Assembly: GCA_040954595.2 (NCBI GenBank)
Contig: CM082592.2
Coordinates: forward strand, 2,232,001 to 2,296,000
DNA from: Balanoglossus misakiensis
Lineage: Eukaryota; Animalia; Hemichordata
Direction of reading: 5' to 3'
DNA length: 64,000 nucleotides
Positions 10,880 through 21,619 of this stretch are shown in pieces (within the stretch, counting starts at the first letter, position 1; each line of letters begins with the position of its first letter). A program made the position numbers and the translations under genes. Under the pieces are notes generated by a model that was not told the origin of the DNA, did not search any database, and was given only the letters and a program-made list of their open reading frames with translations.

Positions 10880-13800
10880 AAAGTGTAAGACTTCATTAGG
10901 TGTTCAATGCCTCCAATTGCCGAGGCTGTATCTGCTGTGGATGCCAAGATATGTGAAAGTAAGTCAAAGGTCAGCAAAGGTCACCCGAAATTTTACTGGT
11001 CCATGTCCAGCAAAAAACGTACCTCTACCTACTATTTAGCCTTTAATTAGATATGTGCTAATTAATGAGGTCAGGTGTAAGACTCCATTAGGTGTTCAAT
11101 CCCTCCCAAATGCCAAGGCTGTATGTGCTCTGGATGCTGTGATATGGGAAAGAAGGTCAAAAGTCTCCTGAGGTAACCAGCGAATACCAAGGCTGTATCT
11201 GCTGTGGATACCGAGATATGGGAAAGTAGGTCAAACATCACATGAGGTCAGCCAAAATTTGGGCTTAAAATTTTTACCCCAGAATGGTCTATGTCCAACA
11301 AAAACTAAACCTCCAACCCGATTGGTTAGCTTGGAATTAGATATGCAGAAAAATGATGTATCGGAAATAGGCCCAACAAAAACCAGACCCCTAGCTCTAT
11401 TGGTTCGCCTAGAATTAGGTATGTGCATAATTAATGAGGTCTTGTGTAAGACTCCATATGTGCTCCATCGGCCCCTCAAAAGCCAGGACTGTAACTGCTG
11501 TGGAGGCTGAGATATGGGAAAGTAGATCAAAGGTCATCCAAGGTCACCCAAAATTTGGGCATAAAAGTTTGACCCAAGAGTGGGCCATGTCCAACTAAAA
11601 CCAGACCTCTAGCCCTATTGGTTAGCCTGGAATTAGATATGCAGAAAAATGATGTTTCAGAAATAGGTCAAGGGTCATTGCCAAAATTACCAAAATATTT
11701 CTGTCATGTCCTGGCAGTATTGGTACATATGTCCACAAAATTCATGACTGTGGTGCTTTGACAAGAGGAGGTATGGGGAATATGCATATATAATTAGTTG
11801 TTTTAAAACTGGGTCAAAGGTCATGTGAAAATTGCCCCCAAAAATTGTGACAACTTCCGGTCATATGATGACTCATATCCAAAAAAAGAATTTCCGTGCT
11901 GTCAACATTTTGGCTACAAAACGGAATTTTCATTTTTCAATGGTTTTCCGATAATCCAACATGGCCGCCATAATGATCGACCAATCACAGTGCGCTTCGC
12001 AAACTTGATAGACATAGGTTAGGTGACCACATACCCCGAATCCCGTAACTCGGCAATGGCTGGTTCTGGAGAAGAAGATTTTTAAAGTTTTAAGTAGTTT
12101 TTCAGAAAAACAATTGTAGCAAAAAAACTGTATGTGTGACATCATTATTTCAATGGGGTAAAATGATGGACAGAAGGTAGGCTACCTGCACACCAAATTT
12201 GAACTCGATCGGCCCAGCAGTTTTTGAGAAGGACTCGTTTAACGATTTTCAGGAAATCCAATATGGCCGCCAGGTCACGTGACTAATTAAATATTCACGA
12301 GCCACTGCACGTCTACTCATTGGCCCCTATCACCCTACCAAGTTTCAGCCCCCTAGGTGCAGCGGTTTTCCAGATCTACCTGGCCGAATTTCTCGGAAGA
12401 AGAAGAAGAAGAAGAATAATTAAAGCTGCGAGCAGCATTGTCGGGCCCAAGCGCTGATCTTGAATTATATATGCACAGTATGAATGAGAAGAAACAGAAT
12501 TTTCTATCGGATGTATTATCTCATGACATAACAAGGATGTGTGTATTTTTGCTGCTGAAATAGGGTGAAGTAGGTCAAAGGTCACCTAAGGTCACCCAAC
12601 ATTTGGGTAATTTTTTTTTACCCATACTGGTCCATGTCCAACAAAAACCGAAACTCTAGCTCTATTGGTTTGCGTGTAATTAGGTATGTGCATATTTAAT
12701 GAGGTCAGCAGGTGTCACAGGTGACCCAAAAATGTGGCTTTACATTTTGGTCCCATCCTACCAAATGCCATGGCTGTATCTGCTCTGGATGCTGAGATAT
12801 GCGAAAGTAGGTCAAAGGTCACCAGAGGTCACGCAACATTTGGGCAAAAAATTTTGATCCCATTCTGGTCCATGTCCAACAAAAACCAAACCTCTAGCTC
12901 TATTGGTTCGCCTGTAATTAGCTATGCACATAATTAATGAGGTCAGCAGAGGTCAAAGGGGTCATGAAAAGTAGCAAAATATTTTGATCACACACTAATC
13001 CACATTCATCAAAAACCAAACGTCTAGCCCTACAGGTTAGCCTGGAATTAGATATGCAGAAATAATAACGCGTGATAAGTAGGTCAAAGGTCATGTGTGA
13101 AAATCGCCAAAAAATTGTAGCACATTTTAGTCACATGACGATTGATATCCATAAAAAGAATTTGTATGCTATCAATTTTTAGACTAGAAAAAGGAATTTC
13201 AATTTTTCACTGCTTTTTACAAAATCCAATATGGCCGCCATAATCTTCGACCAATCACAATGCTCTTTGCAAACTTGATAGACATCAGTGTAGTGACCAT
13301 ACTCCTCGAATCTTGCGACTCAGTCATTGTCCGTTCTGGAGAAGAAGATTTTTGCAGATTAACTATGGTTTTTCGAAAATCCAATATGGCCGCCATAATC
13401 TTCGACCAATCACAATGATCTTCGCAAACTTGATAGACATCAGTTAGGTGACCACATACCCCAAACCCTGTGTGTCAGTTATCACCGGTTCTGGAGAAGA
13501 AGATTTTTGAAATTTAAGCCAGATTTCAGAAAAAAAATTGTAGCAAAAAAACTGCAACATTGACAGCAAAATTTCGAATTACAAAAATGATGGGTAGAAG
13601 GTAGTCTACCTGCATGCCAAATTTGAAGTCGATCTGACATGTAGTTTCTGAGATCTGAGATTTGCATTTTTTCAGAAAATCCAATATGGCCGCCAGGTCA
13701 CGTGACTAATTAAGTACTCACAAGTCACTGCACATCTACTCATAGACCTTGACCACTGTAGCAAGTTTGAGCAGTGTACCTGCAGTAGTTTCAGAGATTT

Positions 13801-15437
13801 AGTTGGCCGAAGAATTGACACAAGAAAAAAGAAAGAAAGAAAGAAAGAAAGAAAAACCCCAACGAAACCAATAGGGCCCAAGCGCAAGCAAGCGCTTGGG
13901 CCCTAATAATAATTAAAGCTGCAAGCAGCATTGTCCGGGCCCAAGCTCTATTATCTGATCTGATTATTAGATATGCACATAATTAATGAGTAGGAACATA
14001 ATGCTGTGTTTTATCCCATGAAATATCAAGGTTATATCTATGTTTGGTGTTGATATAGTGTTAAGTAGGTCAAAGGTCACCCAGAGGTCACCCACAATTT
14101 GGGCAGAAAATTTTGACCCATAGTGGTCCATGTCCAACAAAATCCAGATCTCTAGCCCTTTTGGTTAGCCCGAAATTAGGTATGCACATAAATAATGAGT
14201 TAAGCAGGTGTCACAGGTGACCCAAAACTTTGGCTTTTCATTATGGCCCCATACCTCCAAACGCCAAGGCTGTATCTGCTGTGGATGTCGAGATATGCAA
14301 AAGTAGGTCAAAGGTCATCCGAGGTCACCCAACATTTGGGCAAAAAAATTTGACCCAATACTGGTTCATGTCCAACAGAAACCAAACATCTAGGTCTATT
14401 GGTTCATCTGTAATTAGGTATGCGCATATTTAATGAGGTCAGCAGAGGTCAAAGGGGTCATGATAAGTAGCGAAATTTTTTGATCACATACAAATCCACA
14501 TACATCAAAAACCAAAATCATAGCCCTATAGGTTAGCCTGGAATTAGATATGCAGAAAAAAACGATGTGTCAAAAGTAGGTCAAAGGTCATTGCCAAAAT
14601 TACCAAAATATTTGGGGTAGGTCCTGGCAGGGATGATACCAATGTGCACAAAAATCAGAACTCTGGTACATTTAGAACACGTAGTATGAGCTATATATGC
14701 ATATATGCAGGTTCTTAAAAAAGTAGGTCAAAGGTCATGTGAAAATTTCCAAAATATTTGCAACATATTCTAGTCATATCACGACTCATATCCATAAAAA
14801 GAATGTGTATGCTATCTATTTTTAGACTAGAAATATGATTTCTTAATTTTCGCTGGTTTTTACAAAATCCAATATGGCCGCCATAATCTTCGACCAATCA
14901 CAACGCTCTTCGCAAACTTGATAGACATCAGTTAGGTGATGTCATACCCTAAATCCCATGACTCGGTTATTGCCGGTTCTGGAGAAGAAGATTTTTGAAG
15001 ATTTTACTGTACTTTTTCGAAAATCCAATATGGCGGCCAAGGTCACGTGACCGCTCAGGATTTTATTGTCAATTTTTGAAGGGCAGAGGACATGTGTACC
15101 ATACACCAAATTTGAACTTGATTGGCCCTGTGGTTTTTGAGAAGAAGCCATTTAAACATTTTCAGAAAATCCAATATGGCCGCCAGGTCACGTGACTAAT
15201 TAAATATTCACAAGCCACTGCACATCTACTCATTGACCTTGACCACTGTAGCAAGTTTGAGAAGTGTACCTGTAGCCGTTTCAGAGATCTAGGAGAGCAA
15301 AGATTGACATAAGAATAAAGAAAGAAAAATTCCAACGAAACCAATACGGGCCCAAGCCTGGCTTGGCTTGGGCCCGTAATAAAGAAAAATTCCAACAATA
15401 CCAATAGGGGCACAAGCCCGATAGGCTTGTGCCCCTA
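10880..15437 (+). repeat. Three diverged tandem ~1.5-kb HINE-like units (approx. 10880-12417, 12418-13905, 13909-15437)
   Basis: Units 2 and 3 begin aattaaagctgc(g/a)agcagcattgtc(c)gggcccaagc. All units share internal blocks (aggtcaaaggtca, aaatccaatatggccgcc, gttctggagaagaagattt) and end in GAA/GAAA runs with or without a hairpin. Confidence 0.85.
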
Positions 15438-16220
15438 AAAACTACCGAGGCAACAATTTTCCGTTTTCCCCATGGGTGAACATATCTCGAAATTAAGCGC
15501 GTTGGCTATTCAATTGTTGTCTACCATTCAATTTTAATTCATTTGACTGAGTTATGTGTAGACCTAAACGTTCATGAAAATGACAATAGCAGACGCGGGT
15601 TTTCCAGCAATCCTATGGGAAAAGACAAATTGAAAGCGCTTATACAGATTGTAATTTATACTCGGTTGGCTGCTGTCTTCCACGTGGATCTATTCATGGT
15701 GTAAGGTGTGCCTCAATTCTTTACTATCAATCACGTGATCTGGCAATGTGTCCCATGGCGCAATCATTTCCAGATGACGGGCAAGCAATATTTCGGCATC
15801 CAGTAAAAGTTTTTCCGAGTATGTTTTTACTTTAGAACCGCCAAACACATAATATGTATCGGGTATGTTGCCTCATCAGCCTCGTTGCATTTCTTCTGCA
15901 CAGTCTTTGTCTGCACCACGTAAGTCCACGTTGCTGAAGTTGCCTATCATCTGGAAATTTGAATGCGAACGTAACTGCAACCTGAACGTGTCTGACGTCA
16001 TTTGATAGCGAAGAATACTTTCTATTTCATTCGACGTTTAGACCATGTAATTAGTTCTACTGTATGGAGATAGTCAATTATAGAGGCCCTGGTCTGCCTT
16101 TAGGTTTCATGTAAATCTTGACATTCTTATGATAGCAATTGGTCCAACTTGCTGCTTTGAACCATGTATTGTTTTGGCATTGTTGCATTCAATGTCGAAT
16201 ACATCCGGCTGCGATTACTC

Positions 16221-17632
16221 ATATTCCGTTGTGATGCGTAGAACACACTGGCCTGAGCGAATAAGAAAGTTTTCCGGTAGACTCTGTAGATCGACTGTAT
16301 GTTCTAAAATATCCATGGGTGCTTCCAAACATCGTCGCGTTATTTGCATATTCCGTTGTGATGCGAGAACACACAGGCCGGAGCGAATAAGAAAGTTTTC
16401 CGGTAGACTCTGTAGATCGACTGTATGTTCTAAAATATCCATGGTTGCTTCCAAACATCGTCGCGTTATTTGCATATTCCGTTGTGATGCGAGAACACAC
16501 AGGCCGGAGCGAATAAGAAAGTTTTCCGGTAGACTCTGTAGATCGACGGTTTGTTCTAAAATATCCATGGGTGCTTCCAAACATCGTCGCGTTATTTGCA
16601 TATTCCGTTGTGATGCGAGAACACACAGGCCGGAGCGAATAAGAACGTTTTCCGGTAGACTCTGTAGATCGACGGTTTGTTCTAAAATATCCATGGGTGC
16701 TTCCAAACATCGTCGCGTTATTTGCATATTCCGTTGTGATGCGAGAACACACAGGCCGGAGCGAATAAGAAAGTTTTCCGGTAGACTCTGTAGATCGACT
16801 GTATGTTCTAAAATATCCATGGTTGCTTCCAAACATCGTCGCGTTATTTGCATATTCCGTTGTGATGCGAGAACACACAGGCCGGAGCGAATAAGAAAGT
16901 TTTCCGGTAGACTCTGTAGATCGACTGTTTGTTCTAAAATATCCATGGTTGCTTCCAAACAGTGTCGCGTTATTTGCATATTCCGTTGTGATGCGAGAAC
17001 ACACAGGCCGGAGCGAATAAGAAAGTTTTCCGGTAGACTCTGTAGATCGACTGTTTGTTCTAAAATATCCATGGTTGCTTCCAAACATCGTCGCGTTATT
17101 TGCATATTCCGTTGTGATGCGAGAACACACAGGCCGGAGCGAATAAGAAAGTTTTCCGGTAGACTCTGTAGATCGACTGTTTGTTCTAAAATATCCATGG
17201 TTGCTTCCAAACATCGTCGCGTTATTTGCATATTCCGTTGTGATGCGAGAACACACAGGCCGGAGCGAATAAGAAAGTTTTCCGGTAGACTCTGTAGATC
17301 GACTGTTTGTTCTAAAATATCCATGGTTGCTTCCAAACACCGTCGCGTTATTTGCATATTCCGTTGTGATGCGAGAACACACAGGCCTGAGCGAATAAGA
17401 AAGTTTTCCGGTAGACTCTGTAGTTCGACTGTTTGTTCTAAAATATCCATGGTTGCTTCCAAACACCGTCTCGTTATTTACATATTCCGTTGTGATGCAT
17501 AGAACACACAGGCCGGAGCGAATAAGAAAGTTTTCCGGTAGACTCTGTAGATCGACTGTTTGTTCTAAAATATCCATGGTTCCTTCCAAACACCGTCGCG
17601 TTATTTGCATATTCCGTTGTGATGCGAGAACA
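16221..17632. repeat. 126-bp tandem repeat, ~11 near-identical copies
   Basis: atattccgttgtgatgcg starts at 16221, 16348, 16474 and onward; 42-aa periodicity in the ORF track; no unique spacers. Confidence 0.97.
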
Positions 17633-17845
17633 CTGCGTCTCACGTGACTCAGTATCACTAGTCTAACGTCAACGCGAACGTGGGTTCTACGCGTTCACGT
17701 AAAACGTGTAGCCGAACCTGTCTATTGTCACTGTAAAGTATAAAGTAATACCGTTACTCCACCAGGGCAATGGGGTGACTAATACCGTTACACGGCCAGA
17801 GCAATGGGGTGATTAATACCGTTACTCAAGAAAGGCAATGGGGTG

Positions 17846-18865
17846 AGGCTCCTCACACCTCAATTATAAATTTCTTAAAGAAATTTATAATTTCTTAAAG
17901 AAATTCATAATTAAAGTGTATACATTTGTTATATTGTTGCAATAAAGAATTCTATGACTAAATTAAAATGACAAGTCAGTACAATAGTTGGTAGGATTGG
18001 TAAAACAAGAAAAGTGTAGGGGGTGGGTGTGGGAGGGGGTGTCCCCTCCCTCATAAGAAAATCTTGTAAAATACAGTACCCAAAGTTGCATTTTAAAGGG
18101 GAAATCCGCTGTAGCTGATTTCTACATAATTTGGTAGCTTTGATGTATTTGCATATTTTTCATGGGTTATAGCTCATGAAAACTGTCAATAGATGACAAA
18201 TTTTCGACTTTGCTGATGATTGTTGATCAACTGATGCAAAGAACAAACAATAGCTATGAAAATACGCCTAGTCTGTCGCCCAGTGACACCACTCGGAGAA
18301 TGGTATCACCCACACCATGGTGGGCGGAAGTTGCTCCTGGCGCTTTTTTTTCCCATGATTCAAATTACAGTAAACGCCATATTGGAAATTCTGCCAACTT
18401 TCCCTAGATTTTGTAAAAAATCGCGCGACCTATACATGGCGAATATGTTTTTTTCTGAAAGAGAAACATCAAAGCTACCAAATTATGTAGAAATCAGCTA
18501 CAGCGGATTTCCCCTTTAAGCAAATTAAGTCAATGTTGGGGAGGACAAACTTTACTTTTGCCACTCCACTCAAAGTAAGCATCGGTGGGGTGGGGTGGCA
18601 AGTACTCTGCCCTGGTACACTAGACAAACCAGCCAATAAATTAAATGTGGCAAAGAATGGAGGGGGTGGGTGTCCCCCTCCCACATTAGAAAATTTTGTA
18701 AAATAAAGGGCGAGAAACTGCAATTTTATGGACTCGGTGGCAAAAGTATATGACCCCCCTAAACGTTTAAAAAAAGGTGACCCCCCCCCCTTTTGGATTT
18801 CAAAATTAAAGTGACCCCCTTGGTCTTTGCCAACCACCCCCAGTCGTAAAAAAATGAACGGTCCC
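17846..18865 (+). mobile_element. Left-truncated copy of the PIF/Harbinger-like MITE family seen at 21974-23000
   Basis: Shares gaggctcctca..cctcaattataaatttcttaaag, tgacccccctaaacgtttaaaaaaag and the right end tgaacggtccc-taa with the 22-kb copy. Confidence 0.75.
18097..18515. mobile_element. Kolobok-like MITE (TTAA TSD, AG...CT termini) nested in the preceding MITE
   Basis: ttaa|aggggaaatccgctgtagctgatttctacataatttggtagctttgatgt ... acatcaaagctaccaaattatgtagaaatcagctacagcggatttcccct|ttaa; perfect ~50-bp TIR. Confidence 0.85.
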
Positions 18866-19404
18866 TAATACCGTTACTCAAACAAGGGAATGGGGTGACT
18901 AATACCGTTGCACAGCCAGGGCATTATCTGCCATAACTCTAACAGCGGCCTTTGGAAAACTTACACAATTTCATTTTCCAACTTAATTTTCCACCGTCTT
19001 TGTTTCTCACACTTCTGGCCGCTGGGAGTGTGGGATAGAGAGTGTGGGATCAAATTGATCCCACACCCTGTGTTAATGCGCACACACACAGCTGTTATCT
19101 GACACGAGCTCTGATTGGATAATGATATTCATACCCCTCAGAATGAGCAAATATTACCCAATTGTGTGTATTTTCTAGATATCACGTGAATTAATGCCAC
19201 TGGAAACAATCTCCATATTTTAATGTGTTGAGCACATTTTTATAGCATGCGTGTACTGTAAACTCGTGATGAAATGGGGACTATGTTTTGCGGGGCGGAT
19301 CAATATATGACTGGTCATGCAGTTATCCGTTGGTATCTTATAGATTTAGTTCTTTTATTGTAAATAAACGTTAATATCGCAAATTTCTGGTCGTGTGAGA
19401 AAAA

Positions 19405-19491
19405 GAATCTCACACACCAAGGACCTGGGATCATATTTCTCACACTCTTGTGAGAAATACGATCCCAGGTCCTTGGGAGTGTGAGATTCTA
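19405..19491. repeat. Long near-perfect DNA hairpin (~41-bp arms), probably the end of a Crypton-like non-autonomous element
   Basis: agaatctcacacaccaaggacctgggatcatatttctcaca-ctct-tgtgagaaatacgatcccaggtccttgggagtgtgagattct. Confidence 0.6.
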
Positions 19492-20111
19492 TTAACCCCT
19501 CCGTTGTGGCTATTTTTACAGTATTTTTTTCCTGTATAGTATAATTTACCTGGGACAAAATAGAGTATATAGAAATCCGTCACGTTTAAAGAAACAAGTC
19601 CACTTTATGCGTGTTTAAGTCGCTTTATTGATAAGTTCATAAAATCACATTTACGATTATTTAACAGGAGAGCTATTTTTTGTGTTTACTTCTTCGCTAT
19701 GTCTTCATCCAACATCATAATCTCAGCCAAAAATTGTGTTCACAATTACGGCATGTACAACTCACGAGCTGTGCAGATAAAACATGTACAAAAAATAAAT
19801 TCATCTTCATCACATTTGTGTGGTCCTAAATACAAGAGCAAGGACTAAATTTTGTATGGTATGTGTTTCAATTGCTGGTAGACTATTACGGCCCTGAAGT
19901 GACAATGTCATAACTGACATACAAAACGTGCTTATGAATAATGAAACGGATATGAACAGCAATGGCTATTGTCAATTTTATTGCTTTCTTTTATCAATGC
20001 TTTCACTCCGACACTATATGTGCCTCAAAAGACGAAAATAATCATAGTATCACAATTTGTGCAAAAGGTGGACTGAAGAAATGAGGTCATTTGTATCTGT
20101 GCGCACAGAAA

Positions 20112-21240
20112 TTAATCACACACCTCTGTGGAGACTAAAAAGTGCGTGGACCGGCTGTCATTTTTGCCTAACTTGTTACGAAGCCAATAAATTTGAACAT
20201 TTTACATTACCACAGTAGTCTGTACATCCGGGGCAGTAACAATGAGCTACAGTTCTGCCACACCAGCCGAATTCAGAGCAGCAATAAGCGGTGTCACTGT
20301 ATGGGTTGCATTCGGCGGGGTCACCGTTGGGCAACGGATAATCGGCACCACACCTCCCATCATCGCGCCATTTTCTAACTTTGAAATGAAATGCAAAAAA
20401 AAAAAAAAAGATTAAGACGACAGTGTGGGTGAATGAAAGAATGAATGAAAGAATGAATGAATGAGCGAGCGAGCGAGTGAGTGAGATAAATTTTACCTAA
20501 CAATTCTATAAACCATTTCAGCCCAATGGGTCTATCATTATCTATCATTATATATAAACGAAAATGCAATATGGCCACCATGCGTGGGATCACTTGTTGG
20601 CAAATCACGCCTTTGAATACTAAATTACTGTTAATATTGCCATACATACTGCTATAATTGGTACAGCTGGGGCAATCACAGTGCAAAGTTGTATTGCCAC
20701 ACCATCCAGTTGCTGAACAGCACGGTGCTAAACTGTTTGGATCACCTTCCCCGGGATTGAAATTTGGCAACTTACGATTTGGTCCACACCGACCATCTGA
20801 TCGCCAAGGCACTGTCAAGAGGGAATGTGAAAATGAGTACTTGCTGGGTGATATGTATTGATCGTTTACGAAATGGTTTTGAAAAAAATTGCCATTTTTC
20901 TCTTAAAAAATAATGGGCATTCATATATTGATACAGTGGTTGATAATATGATCTCTGGTATATTGGACATTGGCATGATGGTCGTGCACACAGTTGGGAA
21001 TGCCCCATTGATTTAGTGTTTTGATACCAGGATCATTTTATAGGGGTCATTGGTATAATGGGCCTTCATCTAATGGTCACAGAGTTGCCATTGATATGAC
21101 GATCATTGATATAATTATGGTCCTACCATGCCCTATACAGTCAGCGCAGTCCGTGCCCCAAGCACAGCTTTTAGTTTGCCAGCCATCACTACCGTCATCA
21201 CACGTTCCGTCGTGGCTAGAGAAACATGTATTGGAACACA
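20112..21240 (-). CDS. 3' exons of a Cys-rich secreted-type protein: one CDDG/GTDC Cys module plus two hevein/CBM18-like (chitin-binding type 1-like) modules
   Basis: Phase-1 GT-AG exons: 21240-21127 (VCSNTCFSSHDGTCDDGSDGWQTKSCAWGTDCADC), 20811-20650 (WRSDGRCG...PCCSATGWCG...HCDCPSCTNY), 20378-20211 (WRDDGRCG...CNP...CCSEFGWCG...HCYCPGCTDY). Putative last exon 20125-20112 (EVCD*); minus-strand AATAAA at ~19625. No 5' exon identified. Confidence 0.75.
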
Positions 21241-21619
21241 CTGGAGAGAGAAATAACAATCAACACGTTTGTACGACTTCCCCCTTGGCTATACCAAGAA
21301 ATACAATTCAGAAAGTGAAAGAATGTTAACGTCTGTCACATTTTCCCATATCGGTCTATGTTCATACTCTGAAACATTGGCCTGAAATTAGCATATTTTA
21401 TCACTATGCAAATGACATTTGACTTGGGCATGCGATGCCAAAGTGAAGATTAAGTGTACCAACCCCTTGGTCCACAGTCTTTACAGTCCGTGCCAATTAA
21501 GCAGTCGCGGATTGGTATTCCGGGTTCTTTCGTCTCTCTCCTATCCTGAAAGAAGCCATTATCCGAATGTAGTACGCAATTTTCATTACAGATGCGACCT
21601 GGAAAGATAACTCTCTCTT

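Larger units (their letters stand above)
1..15437 (+). mobile_element. Helentron (Helitron2-type rolling-circle transposon) with putative right-end region; left end outside window
   Basis: The RepHel-EN ORF is followed by HINE-like units that finish in GC-rich hairpins at 13872-13905, 15345-15378 and 15405-15437. That 7.2-15.4 kb belongs to the same element is inferred. Confidence 0.6.
17746..18925. repeat. 34-bp minisatellite (taataccgttac...caatggggtga) split by a MITE insertion
   Basis: Copies at 17746, 17780 and 17814; the array resumes at ~18866-18925. Confidence 0.8.

Noticed and set aside
7650-10880. Short ORFs and a 22-bp inverted match (7790 vs 9055) downstream of the Helentron ORF
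   Set aside because: AT-rich with no recognisable domains; the inverted match looks like scattered repeat fragments rather than element ends.
16129-17658. Three long ORFs (457, 415, 479 aa) and a possible CRISPR-like array
   Set aside because: They arise from a stop-free 126-bp tandem unit; there are no variable spacers, no cas genes and no recognisable domain.
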